In this document: positions 1-10,252 of the stretch, one piece after another
Layout: each line of letters begins with the position of its first letter
How positions within the stretch are numbered: position 1 is the first letter of the stretch
Assembly: GCF_000007005.1 (NCBI RefSeq)
Contig: NC_002754.1
Length of the DNA: 64,000 nucleotides
Source: Saccharolobus solfataricus P2
GTDB lineage: Archaea > Thermoproteota > Thermoprotei_A > Sulfolobales > Sulfolobaceae
Direction: 5' to 3' (one strand)
Made by a program: the position numbers and the translations under genes
The notes under the pieces: generated by a model
Database searches by the model: none
What the model saw: the letters and a program-made list of their open reading frames with translations, nothing else
Told to the model about the DNA's origin: nothing

Positions 1-1
1 A

Positions 2-199
2 ATATTCCCTGTTACTATATTTAGGGTAGCAGCTAAGGCGATGAAGGATGCCTTAGAGGTTTTATTAAGAGAGGGAACACAAATCAACTTATTAGATAAA
101 ATGATTAATAGGCAACAGCAATATGAGATAATTGATTACTTCTTCTACGAGAGATTAGACAAGGAATTAGGTAGTATAAAACTCGTTAGAAAGCTTTAA
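2..199 (+). CDS. prpB: 3' end of 2-methylisocitrate lyase (isocitrate lyase/PEP mutase family), truncated by window edge
   Basis: Manual translation of frame 2: IFPVTIFRVAAKAMKDALEVLLREGTQINLLDKMINRQQQYEIIDYFFYERLD...*, matching the PrpB C-terminal pattern (YP.S.FR...EGTQ...D.M..R...YE.I.Y); TAA at 197-199. Confidence 0.75.
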   Translation: MFPVTIFRVAAKAMKDALEVLLREGTQINLLDKMINRQQQYEIIDYFFYERLDKELGSIKLVRKL

Positions 200-223
200 A
201 TTTTTATATATGAAATTTAAATT

Positions 224-652
224 ATGGCAATAACTTCTAGAAGCTTAATTAAGAGATCTCCCGTGGTTGTTAAGGTAGGTACTAAGGCTATTGATGCTTG
301 TAAGATTATGTATCAAAATAATATAGGATCTGTGGTAATTGTTAATGAAAAAGATTATCCAGTAGGAATATTTACAGAGAGAGATGTATTACGTGCAGTA
401 GCGTGTGGAAAAGATTTGAATGATAAAGTGGAGAACCTAGGAACTTTTGGGAAGTTAGTAACAGTTAAATCTAACTCTTCAATTGGGGAGATAGCAGAGA
501 AGATGGTTAAAAATAACATAAGACATATAGTTGTAGTAGATGATGAAGGTAAGCTTATTGGTGTTGTGTCTATAAAAGACATAGTAAATGAGAAACACGT
601 TCTAGATTTTTTAGTTAGGTCTGAGTTAAATTGGGAAGGAGGGACTGATTAA
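224..652 (+). CDS. Tandem CBS-domain protein
   Basis: Two CBS repeats (NIGSVVIVN..GIFTERDV; NIRHIVVVD..GVVSIKDI); stop overlaps gltA start (TAATG). Confidence 0.9.
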   Translation: MAITSRSLIKRSPVVVKVGTKAIDACKIMYQNNIGSVVIVNEKDYPVGIFTERDVLRAVACGKDLNDKVENLGTFGKLVTVKSNSSIGEIAEKMVKNNIRHIVVVDDEGKLIGVVSIKDIVNEKHVLDFLVRSELNWEGGTD

Positions 653-1785
653 TGAGTGTCGTAAGTAAAGGTTTGGAGAATGTTATTATAAAGGTTACAA
701 ATTTAACATTCATAGATGGGGAGAAAGGAATACTGAGGTATAGAGGATATAATATTGAAGATCTAGTTAACTATGGCAGTTACGAAGAGACTATCTACTT
801 AATGCTTTATGGAAAATTACCTACAAAGAAAGAATTAAACGATTTAAAGGCTAAACTTAATGAGGAATACGAGGTACCTCAGGAAGTTTTAGACACAATA
901 TACCTTATGCCGAAAGAAGCAGACGCAATAGGTCTTTTAGAAGTAGGAACAGCAGCATTAGCCTCTATTGATAAGAACTTTAAATGGAAGGAAAACGATA
1001 AAGAAAAAGCAATTAGCATTATTGCTAAAATGGCTACTCTAGTAGCAAATGTATATAGAAGAAAGGAGGGTAATAAGCCAAGAATTCCAGAGCCCTCAGA
1101 TAGTTTTGCAAAAAGCTTTCTTTTAGCGAGTTTCGCTAGGGAACCTACTACAGATGAGATAAACGCAATGGATAAGGCGTTAATACTTTATACTGATCAT
1201 GAAGTGCCAGCATCGACAACGGCAGCACTTGTTGCAGCATCCACTTTGTCGGATATGTATTCTTCCCTTACTGCAGCCTTAGCTGCGTTAAAAGGTCCAT
1301 TACATGGTGGAGCAGCTGAAGAGGCTTTTAAGCAATTCATTGAAATAGGTGATCCAAATAGAGTACAAAACTGGTTTAATGATAAGGTAGTGAATCAGAA
1401 GAATAGACTAATGGGATTTGGTCATAGAGTTTACAAGACTTATGATCCCAGGGCAAAGATATTTAAGAAACTAGCCTTAACGCTAATTGAAAGGAATGCT
1501 GATGCAAGGAGATATTTTGAGATAGCTCAAAAACTTGAGGAGTTGGGAATTAAGCAATTTTCTAGCAAGGGAATCTATCCTAACACTGATTTCTATTCTG
1601 GAATAGTCTTCTACGCTTTAGGATTTCCAGTATACATGTTTACTGCCTTATTTGCCTTATCGAGAACTTTAGGTTGGTTAGCACATATAATAGAATATGT
1701 AGAGGAACAGCACAGACTTATTAGACCAAGAGCCTTATATGTTGGACCAGAATATCAAGAGTATGTTTCTATAGATAAACGATAA
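652..1785 (+). CDS. gltA: Citrate synthase (possibly also 2-methylcitrate synthase)
   Basis: GILRYRGY, DHEVPAST, GPLHGGA, MGFGHRVYKTYDPR, YPNTDFYSG motifs. Confidence 0.97.
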   Translation: MSVVSKGLENVIIKVTNLTFIDGEKGILRYRGYNIEDLVNYGSYEETIYLMLYGKLPTKKELNDLKAKLNEEYEVPQEVLDTIYLMPKEADAIGLLEVGTAALASIDKNFKWKENDKEKAISIIAKMATLVANVYRRKEGNKPRIPEPSDSFAKSFLLASFAREPTTDEINAMDKALILYTDHEVPASTTAALVAASTLSDMYSSLTAALAALKGPLHGGAAEEAFKQFIEIGDPNRVQNWFNDKVVNQKNRLMGFGHRVYKTYDPRAKIFKKLALTLIERNADARRYFEIAQKLEELGIKQFSSKGIYPNTDFYSGIVFYALGFPVYMFTALFALSRTLGWLAHIIEYVEEQHRLIRPRALYVGPEYQEYVSIDKR

Positions 1786-1786
1786 G

Positions 1787-1806
1787 TCTTTTTTATTCTT
1801 TTCTCT
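1787..1806 (+). terminator. Oligo-T archaeal terminator candidate after gltA
   Basis: TCTTTTTTATTCTTTTCTCT directly after the stop codon. Confidence 0.4.
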
Positions 1807-1819
1807 AAAATATACATAG

Positions 1820-2191
1820 ATGCCTTTAATAGTAGGTCTAATAGGTTCTGTTATAGCCTTTATAGTAGCGTGGATAGTGGTTTCAATACCCACGTGGATA
1901 GCTGGAAAAATAGTTACACCAAGAACTGCCACGTTTGGTAGAGCAATGTTGGCAACGTTAATTGGAGTAATAGTTTATGCAATTTTCACTGCATTATTCT
2001 CACTTATATCTCCAATAATTGGAGTAATAATAGGATTTATAGCATTTCTAGGAGTATACAAGGTAGTCTTTAACACTGGCTGGTTACAAGCGTTAGGTAT
2101 AGCAATTTTAGCAATAATAGTTGCATTCATAATACTATTTATCCTAGGGCTAATAGGGATTGCATTGCCTCATTTAGGTCCTTTCAAGTAG
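1820..2191 (+). CDS. Small 4-TM membrane protein, unknown function
   Basis: Four hydrophobic segments, 123 aa. Confidence 0.8.
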   Translation: MPLIVGLIGSVIAFIVAWIVVSIPTWIAGKIVTPRTATFGRAMLATLIGVIVYAIFTALFSLISPIIGVIIGFIAFLGVYKVVFNTGWLQALGIAILAIIVAFIILFILGLIGIALPHLGPFK

Positions 2192-2685
2192 AACTCAAAG
2201 TAATTTTTTCTTTTTAGTTCAAAAGGAAATCTTTTAGATACCAGGTAAATAATCCCATCATCAGCTCTTATTTCCTCTGCGTATCCTAAATCGTAAGCCA
2301 TAGCAGCCATTGCACACAATGCAGCATCCACATAATCCTTAATTTCATGTAAGTCTTTCCAATTCAAACCTACAATCTTCATGGAAGATGTTGGATGAGT
2401 CTCAATTACATTATATAATTTTTCCTTCAATTGGATAGCCCTTTGCACGAGGGTTTTCATGAAGGATGGAGGCAATACCCTCAGTTTTCTTTTTATCATT
2501 TCCTTATCTACATTTCTAAAACCGTTGTGATAAGAAAGAGGAGAATCTATGGCAGTAATTTTCGCTACCTTACAACTTTCAATAATTTCCTCGTTTGTTA
2601 CTAGTTCGATGATTTTTATCTCGTTGTCTATGAGTATTGCTACTGCAGTCTTTCTTCTTACTGCCAGATCGATTCCACAATACAT
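2170..2685 (-). CDS. DUF429-like predicted nuclease (RNase H fold)
   Basis: GIDLA start, IDSPLS, IETHP and late D.VDA acidic motifs typical of DUF429. Confidence 0.7.
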   Translation of the reverse strand: MYCGIDLAVRRKTAVAILIDNEIKIIELVTNEEIIESCKVAKITAIDSPLSYHNGFRNVDKEMIKRKLRVLPPSFMKTLVQRAIQLKEKLYNVIETHPTSSMKIVGLNWKDLHEIKDYVDAALCAMAAMAYDLGYAEEIRADDGIIYLVSKRFPFELKRKNYFEFYLKGPK

Positions 2686-2712
2686 ATTTATTTCCCTTAT
2701 TATCTTCTTATT

Positions 2713-3396
2713 GTGAAACCTCCTATTATTATAATAAACTTTAAGGCATACGAGAACTCGTTTGGTGATAAAGCAGTAAATTTAGGTAAAAAAATAGAAA
2801 AAATAAGTAAAGAGTACTCAGTTGAAATCATATTGTCAACACCAGCCACCATGATATATAGAATGTCTCAGGAAGTAGATTTACCAATTTATGCTGAACA
2901 TGTAGACCCAGTACCTTTAGGAGCATTTACTGGAGCGATATTACCAGAAATGGTAAAAGATGCAGGTGCTAAGGGTACTTTAATAAATCACAGTGAGAGA
3001 CGTCTAAGAGCTGATGAAATAGATGATGTGCTAAAAAGGACCAAAAAATTAGGTTTAAAGAGTATATTATGTGTTGACAGATATGAATTGGTATATCCCT
3101 TTAGTTTGCTGAAACCTGACGCAATTTTAATAGAGCCCCCAGAATTGATAGGAACTGGTGTCTCAGTTTCGAAGGCTAAACCTGAGGTAATAACTAGAGC
3201 TGTAGATGAGATAAGAAAGTCCGAGGGAATATATCTAATAGCAGGGGCTGGAATTACTACTGGTGAGGATGTTTATAAGGCGTTGAAGCTTGGAGCTCAT
3301 GGAATAGGTGTAGCAAGTGCTGTTATGAAGGCTAAAGAGCCTGAAAAGGTTGTTGAGGACTTTATTACAAGTGCATTGAGGGCGATCTCTTCGTAG
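2713..3396 (+). CDS. tpiA: Triosephosphate isomerase (archaeal type)
   Basis: [32 protein letters not shown] motifs; GTG start. Confidence 0.97.
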   Translation: MKPPIIIINFKAYENSFGDKAVNLGKKIEKISKEYSVEIILSTPATMIYRMSQEVDLPIYAEHVDPVPLGAFTGAILPEMVKDAGAKGTLINHSERRLRADEIDDVLKRTKKLGLKSILCVDRYELVYPFSLLKPDAILIEPPELIGTGVSVSKAKPEVITRAVDEIRKSEGIYLIAGAGITTGEDVYKALKLGAHGIGVASAVMKAKEPEKVVEDFITSALRAISS

Positions 3397-3736
3397 CTAT
3401 TTTCAATAGGTATATGTAAAGTTCTGGAAAATTATTTTTACAAATGTCCTTTATTTCATTGTTCTCAAATCTAATTAACGAGAAATATACGTAAAGATAT
3501 ATTGCTGCAGAAAACAGAGCGCAGTCTTTTATTTCCATGCACAATCCTTCCAATCTTATTACGTTTATTAGCAAGCTCTTATCAATTAGTTTCATCAATC
3601 TACTTCCGTCAAAGTCCGAATAGTATCTAACATCCAACTCCAATTCTTTATCATAGTTTTCTTTTACAAATTGCCTAATTTTATTTAAATAATATCTCAT
3701 AGAGTTTATATATTGGTGATTCTTTTCCATACTCAT
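3365..3736 (-). CDS. Hypothetical protein, paralog of 3681-4061
   Basis: 123 aa ORF; shares LLINV..L and SA...L....SL segments with the upstream ORF. Confidence 0.65.
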   Translation of the reverse strand: MSMEKNHQYINSMRYYLNKIRQFVKENYDKELELDVRYYSDFDGSRLMKLIDKSLLINVIRLEGLCMEIKDCALFSAAIYLYVYFSLIRFENNEIKDICKNNFPELYIYLLKIATKRSPSMHL

Positions 3737-4061
3737 TTCTAATTATTTCCTCCATTCTTTTTGTTCCAACTAAGCTGTATAAGGATGACAAAAGAAGAAA
3801 TGCTGACACTATTTCACTTTGACCTGAAGCCTCATTTGCTATTTCATCATACTTTAACACATTTATGATTACTTTATTATCTTTATAAGTTGCGAGTCCA
3901 TCTATATTTTCCAATACTATTTCTGTAATATTTTTTCCTATACCATATCTATTAAGGAGCGCATTTAACGTATCTTTAACACAAGACGTATCTTTACAAC
4001 CTATCATTATTCTTAACCAACTTGTGATATCACTCTCTATGTTTATAACTTTTCCTTTCAA
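3681..4061 (-). CDS. Hypothetical protein, possible degenerate zincin-like fold
   Basis: 126 aa ORF, TTG start preceded by GAGGAG. Confidence 0.7.
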   Translation of the reverse strand: MKGKVINIESDITSWLRIMIGCKDTSCVKDTLNALLNRYGIGKNITEIVLENIDGLATYKDNKVIINVLKYDEIANEASGQSEIVSAFLLLSSLYSLVGTKRMEEIIRNEYGKESPIYKLYEILFK

Positions 4062-4067
4062 ACTAGA

Positions 4068-4169
4068 CTAATGGCTCCTCATTGCCATAATTATCGCTAT
4101 AATACTTAAAATAATACCTAAAATCGATAAGGAGATTGCAATATAAGATATAAGTTGAACCTTATTCAC
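4068..4169 (-). CDS. 33-aa single-TM peptide (not in ORF track)
   Basis: GTG-NKVQLISYIAISLSILGIILSIIAIIMAMRSH-TAG; TTTTAAGTA TATA-like box about 25 nt upstream (leaderless). Confidence 0.55.
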   Translation of the reverse strand: MNKVQLISYIAISLSILGIILSIIAIIMAMRSH

Positions 4170-4235
4170 TACATAAAAATTAGGTACTTTACTTAAAAAT
4201 GCTTTCCTTTAGTATTATTGTTTAGTAAAGAGGAG

Positions 4236-4491
4236 GGTTTAGACTTCATAGGATTTCACGATATTTAATATCAATCCTCAGCTCTTGGACTTCACTGAAG
4301 TCATGGACAAACCTATATAGAACACCGCACATCTTTAGCATTTTCAGCACTAGCTCGTCGGGGTATTTGCCCCATTGGCTAGCGCTTCACTGTGAGAAGC
4401 TATCATGAAAAGCATATAAACTTTACAGTTTGTCTGAACTGATGACAGAAGAAAGGCAAGCCTCGCCCCTTCTAGAGGCAGGGAGGGGTCA
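4236..4491 (-). mobile_element. Degenerate non-autonomous IS200/IS605-family remnant
   Basis: GC-richer island; imperfect end hairpin CCTCGCCCCTTCTAGAGGCAGGGAGG (4461-4486) resembling Sulfolobus IS605-type ends; no transposase ORF. Orientation and distal boundary uncertain. Confidence 0.5.
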
Positions 4492-4568
4492 GAATGGCGT
4501 TGAGTAAGATAATGCCCTTAACTAAGGGGTTTAGTAAATTTTATATTCTTAAAATACTATTGCATTCT

Positions 4569-5018
4569 GTGACCTACTGGTTAGTACCAATACAAGAGGA
4601 CATGTGGGACGTAATTAGAGATAAAGGAATATATGGATACAAAGAAAACCTAGAGGAGTTCATAAAAGAAGGTGACTACATTATTATATACGTTAGTAAG
4701 TACTATGCGAAACGATATGGAGGAAAGATTGTCGGTATCGTAAAAGTGCTTTCAAACTGGTATGAGGATCAGACGCCAATATATCCAGAGGAGACAGTGA
4801 GAAATAAAGGAATATACATTTATAGGGTTAAAGTTGAGCCTGTGGTAATTGGAGAGTGTGATATGAAAAAAATTTTAGATAAGATTAGATTTATTGAAGA
4901 TAAGGGACAAATAGCTAAATACCTTAGAAATGCTCCAGCAAACCTCAAGAGACCTATCCCAGAAAGTGATGCTAAAATAGTAGAAGAGTGTCTTAAGGAA
5001 TCACTGCTCAATATCTAA
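4569..5018 (+). CDS. Stand-alone EVE-domain (PUA-like) protein
   Basis: TYWLVP..EDMW, GDYIIIYVS, GKIVGIVKV motifs; GTG at 4569 preferred over the track ATG at 4494, which abuts the IS remnant. Confidence 0.8.
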   Translation: MTYWLVPIQEDMWDVIRDKGIYGYKENLEEFIKEGDYIIIYVSKYYAKRYGGKIVGIVKVLSNWYEDQTPIYPEETVRNKGIYIYRVKVEPVVIGECDMKKILDKIRFIEDKGQIAKYLRNAPANLKRPIPESDAKIVEECLKESLLNI

Positions 5019-5364
5019 CATGGTTGCTTACTTCTTCTAATAACGTCTTTATAGATTCATAAAGTCTAGATACTAAAGTGTTAACTAGTATTTTGTAGAT
5101 GAAGAATATTGCGTACCTTATGTTTATAATTAAGAGCAATCTTTTAGCTAATTTCTGTTGGTATTGAATCGCTCTTCTCAATCTCTTATCTAATATATTA
5201 TTCTTTATATCTCTTACGAAGTTCAATAGTTCTTTTAATCCTTCTTTTAATGTTTTTAAATTTCTAGAGTTAAGTTTAGTTATAATATTTTGATAAGTTC
5301 TTTTAATAATCTCGTATTGTAGTATGTCATTAAATGTAATATTGTTACCACTTACATCAGTCAT
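5008..5364 (-). CDS. Hypothetical helical basic protein
   Basis: 118 aa ORF, heptad-like Leu/Ile pattern. Confidence 0.65.
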   Translation of the reverse strand: MTDVSGNNITFNDILQYEIIKRTYQNIITKLNSRNLKTLKEGLKELLNFVRDIKNNILDKRLRRAIQYQQKLAKRLLLIINIRYAIFFIYKILVNTLVSRLYESIKTLLEEVSNHVRY

Positions 5365-5441
5365 ATTTATAATATTTAGTGGTATTATCTTAAAAACTGG
5401 GAGTGATGATATTTTCGGGGATTTAGATTGATGATATACTT

Positions 5442-6596
5442 TCAGCGGGCTGAGAATAGAACCTCTTCAACTGCCTTTACTCCTTCACCAAACCTTATAG
5501 GTTCACCTAATTTCCTTAGGGTTCTCTCAATGACACTTATTGCAATTATCGCATCGTTGGGCGTTACCCAGCCCATATGACCTATTCTGAAATATTTAAA
5601 TGCAGGATGGACTCCAGGTGCAAATTCTACCCCCTCATTAACGGTCCCCGCGAGAACCTTTTGTGGGTCCGCAACCTTTAGGATTACTCCAGTTACAGTA
5701 TTACTATAAGACTCTGGTCTTCTGGCTACTATCTCTAATCCTAAAGCTTCTAAGCCAGCCCTAATTGCGCTAGCTACCATTGTGTGTCTTTTTATTCTAT
5801 TTTCTATACCTTCTTTCTCTATCAGTCTAAAGGCTTCGGCTAATTGTAAAATTACATGAACTGGAGGAGTAGCAAAATAAGCAGCCTTACCTTCTTCAGC
5901 CCCTCTCATAACTGGTAGCCAATTTCTTAAATCCAGATAATACCCGGCGATTGAATTTTGGGAATCCAATATTGATAAAGCCTTAGGAGAAAGTAATAGC
6001 AAGCCTAAACCAGCTGCCGAACCCAATGCCTTTTGACTGGCTGTCAGATAAACGTCGACATTCCATTCTTCAGCCTTAACTTCCTCAGCCCCAACGCTTG
6101 AAACACCGTCTACCACTATCAGCTCTACGTATTTTCTTATTTTATTTATCACATCCTTTACTGGCTCTCTAACTCCGGTGCTAGTCTCTACGTGAGTCAA
6201 GGCAACTAACTTATACTCACTCTTCCTAACTTCTTCCTCAACCTCCCCTGGTTTAACGTAATCGCCAGGAGAAGGTCTTAATACCTTTACATTAACTGGA
6301 TATCTCTTGAATATTTGCTCCCATCTATCACCAAAAACTCCATTCGAAACTACTAGTATTTTATCATTAGGTTTGAGCAATGATGTAACACTTTCCATAG
6401 CAGATGTTCCACCTCCAGGGATTATTAATGGCTGATAGTTCTTACTTGCACCCATTACATATCTTAATCCCTTTAGCGAATATGCCAGTGCTTCTACGAA
6501 TTCTTTAGAAGTAAAGCCAACGTTATTTTCAAGCCCCGCAACTAAAACATCTTCCTTGATAGTAGTAGGGCCTACATGAAGTAGCAGTTTATCCAT
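5442..6596 (-). CDS. Class V PLP aminotransferase (serine-pyruvate/alanine-glyoxylate type)
   Basis: [29 protein letters not shown] (PLP lysine), FRIGHMG. Confidence 0.92.
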   Translation of the reverse strand: MDKLLLHVGPTTIKEDVLVAGLENNVGFTSKEFVEALAYSLKGLRYVMGASKNYQPLIIPGGGTSAMESVTSLLKPNDKILVVSNGVFGDRWEQIFKRYPVNVKVLRPSPGDYVKPGEVEEEVRKSEYKLVALTHVETSTGVREPVKDVINKIRKYVELIVVDGVSSVGAEEVKAEEWNVDVYLTASQKALGSAAGLGLLLLSPKALSILDSQNSIAGYYLDLRNWLPVMRGAEEGKAAYFATPPVHVILQLAEAFRLIEKEGIENRIKRHTMVASAIRAGLEALGLEIVARRPESYSNTVTGVILKVADPQKVLAGTVNEGVEFAPGVHPAFKYFRIGHMGWVTPNDAIIAISVIERTLRKLGEPIRFGEGVKAVEEVLFSAR

Positions 6597-6610
6597 AAAA
6601 GGTAAGTTAG

Positions 6611-7285
6611 TTACACTCCTTTATTTTTTTCTGTAGGAAAAGGAAACCTCTCTAATCTATACGCAGAGTCCCAAAACATGTATTCATATATAGATGCAGT
6701 TCTAAAATGAATCTTCATCTTGTTAAATTCCTCTTCACTAACTTTCAAGCTATTCACAATATCTAATACTGCTCTAACTCCCTTTTCATATTCTTCTCCA
6801 CCGTACGTTTCTATCCACTTTTGATAATATTTATCTTTAGATCCTTGTTTAAGCAATTCCTTTCCTACCTTCATATATATCCAATAGCAAGGCAATACTG
6901 CAGATATTACCTCATTAAAAGGTCTTGAATAAGCTACTGCAAGCAAGTAAGATGTATAGGCTAGATTAGTTGGGCTCATCTCATAATCTTCTATATCTAA
7001 ATTAAATTCCTTTATGTAAAATTTATGTAACGCCTTTTCTACCTTAATGGCATCTTGTATGTGCGTCGTAAACAACAATGTTTGTTCCTCATCTTCTGCC
7101 TTTGCCGCTAATAAAGCCAATGCCTTAGAGAATTCCCTTAAATACAGATAATCCTGGATTATATAGTACTTGAATTTATCTCTGCTTAGAATTCCTTCAA
7201 CCAATTCAAGAATAAATGGGTGTCTAAGGATTGAAGAATAAATATCCGAAATAAAATTCCATAACTTTTCACTGTTTTCCATCAT
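6611..7285 (-). CDS. tenA: TenA/thiaminase II family protein
   Basis: [31 protein letters not shown]. Confidence 0.92.
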   Translation of the reverse strand: MMENSEKLWNFISDIYSSILRHPFILELVEGILSRDKFKYYIIQDYLYLREFSKALALLAAKAEDEEQTLLFTTHIQDAIKVEKALHKFYIKEFNLDIEDYEMSPTNLAYTSYLLAVAYSRPFNEVISAVLPCYWIYMKVGKELLKQGSKDKYYQKWIETYGGEEYEKGVRAVLDIVNSLKVSEEEFNKMKIHFRTASIYEYMFWDSAYRLERFPFPTEKNKGV

Positions 7286-7400
7286 ATAAGGAAATGAAAC
7301 ATGCCTGTTATTTAAATTTTAAGGCTTACAAGGTATTCTCAGTTAAGTTGAGGAGTTATCAACATATTTATTAAAAATCATCTTTAAATAGTTAATAAGT

Positions 7401-8111
7401 ATGAGTGCAAAAGACGACATATTAAGGTCCATAAAGAATTCAAAATTAGCAAATGCGTTTATAAAGGTTAATAGGGAGGATTTTTTGCCACAATTACTGA
7501 AAAAATATGCATATGATCCTAATTATGTAGACAAGCCCTTTTACATAACGCCTAATGTGACGACAACTGCATTAAGTTTAGGCATGTATATGCTCGATAT
7601 TCTTAATTTGGGAGAAACTCAGAAAGTTTTAGAGATAGGTACGGGCATAGGTTATTATACTGCGTTAATGGCTGAAGTTGTTGGCGATAATAACGTTATC
7701 TCATTAGAAATTGATGATACGATATTTGAATACGCTAAAAATATTCTTCTGCCGAAATATCCGCGAATCAAATTAATTAAGACTGATGGAAGTCTAGGAT
7801 ATGATAAGGAGGCTCCTTATGATAGGATCATAATATGGGCAGCTGCGCCAACAGTCCCTTGTAAACTGTACGATCAACTTAGGGAGAACGGTATTATGGT
7901 AGTACCGATAGGTAGTGAAAAAGCGCAAGGTCTCTATAGAATTACTAAAATTGGATATGAACCTAAGATAGAAAGACTTGGAGATGTAATATTTATGAAA
8001 ATGAGAGGATTATTTGGATTTTATGAGGATGACGATCCGAATGAGAGGAGAATAAAGAAAATAGAGGAGAAGGTTAATAGATTACTGTCAAAATTTATGA
8101 GCCAGAGCTAG
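7401..8111 (+). CDS. pcm: Protein-L-isoaspartate O-methyltransferase
   Basis: VLEIGTGIGY, DGSLGY..EAPYDRII, QLRENGIMVVPIG. Confidence 0.9.
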   Translation: MSAKDDILRSIKNSKLANAFIKVNREDFLPQLLKKYAYDPNYVDKPFYITPNVTTTALSLGMYMLDILNLGETQKVLEIGTGIGYYTALMAEVVGDNNVISLEIDDTIFEYAKNILLPKYPRIKLIKTDGSLGYDKEAPYDRIIIWAAAPTVPCKLYDQLRENGIMVVPIGSEKAQGLYRITKIGYEPKIERLGDVIFMKMRGLFGFYEDDDPNERRIKKIEEKVNRLLSKFMSQS

Positions 8112-8164
8112 CTTGCAAGGTTAGATTAAAGGTTAATAATAAGGTGGTAAATTTATATTACATA

Positions 8165-8893
8165 ATGCTCTTGAATGTTAGAAACCTTACAGTGAGATAT
8201 GGTTCTTTTATCGCAGTTAATTCATTAAACTTCTCCGTTAACTCAGAAGTTTATTGCCTTTTAGGACCTAATGGTGCTGGGAAAAGTAGCACTTTAAAGG
8301 CTATAATGGATATGGTTCCTTTTGAGGGAAACATAGAAATCTTAGGGAAAAGTAATAAGGAGAAATTTGTGAAAAATTATGTTGGTTATGTACCCGAACA
8401 GCCGGCTCTCTATGAATACATGACACCGTCTGAGATAATAAGTTTCGTCGCAAGTTTAAGAGGTATCAACGATCTAAACAGAATAAATGCGTTAGTTAAG
8501 GCATTTTCGTTAGAGATGTTTATGAATACACCTATAGCTTCCTTATCTATGGGTAATAGACAAAAGGTTTCCATACTATTGTCTTTAATTCACGAGCCCA
8601 AATTACTAATTCTTGACGAACCTTTTAACGCATTAGATGTCCTATCAGTTAAAGTTCTTAAAGAGCTAATCCAGAGTCACGTTAAGAATGGAGGTGGAGT
8701 ACTGTTCTCTACCCACATAATGGAGGTTGCAGAAAAAATATGTAATAGAATAGGTATAATGAATAAAGGAATTATGGTAATGGAAACTTCCTCAGATAAC
8801 ATTAGAGAAGCTGGAAGATCGCTTGAAGATGTTTTCCTCTCCGTTACTGGATTAGACGAGACTATAAAGGATATACTAAAGGGATTGGAATGA
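8165..8893 (+). CDS. ABC transporter ATP-binding subunit
   Basis: GPNGAGKS Walker A, LSMGNRQK signature, LILDEP Walker B; ATG 8165 preferred. Confidence 0.93.
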   Translation: MLLNVRNLTVRYGSFIAVNSLNFSVNSEVYCLLGPNGAGKSSTLKAIMDMVPFEGNIEILGKSNKEKFVKNYVGYVPEQPALYEYMTPSEIISFVASLRGINDLNRINALVKAFSLEMFMNTPIASLSMGNRQKVSILLSLIHEPKLLILDEPFNALDVLSVKVLKELIQSHVKNGGGVLFSTHIMEVAEKICNRIGIMNKGIMVMETSSDNIREAGRSLEDVFLSVTGLDETIKDILKGLE

Positions 8894-10251
8894 GCAACGT
8901 CAAGATTCACGATGTAGTTTATAAGCAAATAATCTATTTAATGTACACAAGTAGATCTTTCGGCTTATCACCAAAGCCTGATGCAATAAGTAAAATCAGA
9001 AGGAATGCAGTTACAATTAAGATAAGTAATATTATTGCATATACTATAGCCACAATAGTTTCGGCATCTATTTCACTAATAAATAAAGATGCCCCTTTTT
9101 CCTTTATATTTCTAGATTTAATTATACTTGCCAATATTTTCACTACTGGATTAAATGTAATTTTCTTTGTTACAAACTATGATTTAAAAACTTTCTTATT
9201 ATCGCTTCCTCTATCTGAAAGAGATGTGAATAGAGCCGTATTTAGGGGTATATTTGAATTTTTCTACTACGGCTTTCTAGCATCAATAGTAATCGCTCCT
9301 ATTTCCACTTACATGATAACGTCATCTGTTTTACAAGCCCTCATGGCTGAACTTGAAATAATATTTTTCTTTTCACTATCATTCGCGTTAGTAATGCTAT
9401 TGGGAAAGAGAATAAGATTAGGAATAACTTCTGCACTATTTAGAATAGGAACATCACTGATTTGGATAGTATTTATAATGCTACCTTATGGTCTTACCTT
9501 CAAATATGTCACCATCCCCACTTATATCCTACCAATCTTTCCCTTTGGTTTCTTGAATATTGAAGGTCTTTTGATCTCCTTACTATACACGGGTCTTTCC
9601 GTATTCTTTGCCTATAAACAATCCTTAAAATTCTTATCGTTTAGACTTAATTCTCAATATTCAACAAAATATAGTATAAAGTTACGATCTCCACTAATAA
9701 CATATCTTTATAAAGATATTAGGGGTCTTCTTAGGGTTCCTCAAGCCAGCTTCCTACTAACAATACCTGTATTTGCTCTTATTTTCTCATTTTTTGCACC
9801 CGTTTATGCCATCTTTTATACAATCTTTATGATAACGACATCCTCTATAATGCTGATATTACTTGAGGCTTCTGGAATGCAACTATTACTATCTCTACCA
9901 GCAGGGTTAAGGAGTTCCTATATTTCAAAACTATTAATTATTTTGATAATCTATCTGATAGATGTGCTAATCTTCTCATTTTTTAATCGAGCCTCGTTGA
10001 GCCTAATTATGTTACCATCAACAATTACCAGTGTTGAACTAAGTCTTTTCATATCTTACAATAACGTTATTAAGGGAAAAGGAATGAGGCTTGCGGATCC
10101 CCTATCGTTTATAATAAGGGAAATAGAAATAAACTCAATCATAGGTATTGCTTCCATTCTAACATTCTTTGCTAATATATACTATTCTCTACTTTTCTCA
10201 GTTCTTTCACTAATCATGATAAATATAGTGGTATATAAAAAAATAAAGTAG
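8890..10251 (+). CDS. ABC exporter permease (multi-TM)
   Basis: About 12 hydrophobic segments in two halves; ATGA overlap with the ATPase gene. Confidence 0.8.
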   Translation: MSNVKIHDVVYKQIIYLMYTSRSFGLSPKPDAISKIRRNAVTIKISNIIAYTIATIVSASISLINKDAPFSFIFLDLIILANIFTTGLNVIFFVTNYDLKTFLLSLPLSERDVNRAVFRGIFEFFYYGFLASIVIAPISTYMITSSVLQALMAELEIIFFFSLSFALVMLLGKRIRLGITSALFRIGTSLIWIVFIMLPYGLTFKYVTIPTYILPIFPFGFLNIEGLLISLLYTGLSVFFAYKQSLKFLSFRLNSQYSTKYSIKLRSPLITYLYKDIRGLLRVPQASFLLTIPVFALIFSFFAPVYAIFYTIFMITTSSIMLILLEASGMQLLLSLPAGLRSSYISKLLIILIIYLIDVLIFSFFNRASLSLIMLPSTITSVELSLFISYNNVIKGKGMRLADPLSFIIREIEINSIIGIASILTFFANIYYSLLFSVLSLIMINIVVYKKIK

Positions 10252-10252
10252 C

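Noticed and set aside
4494-4568. N-terminal extension of the EVE ORF
   Set aside because: Begins at the IS remnant edge and covers TATA-like sequence; EVE homology starts at GTG 4569
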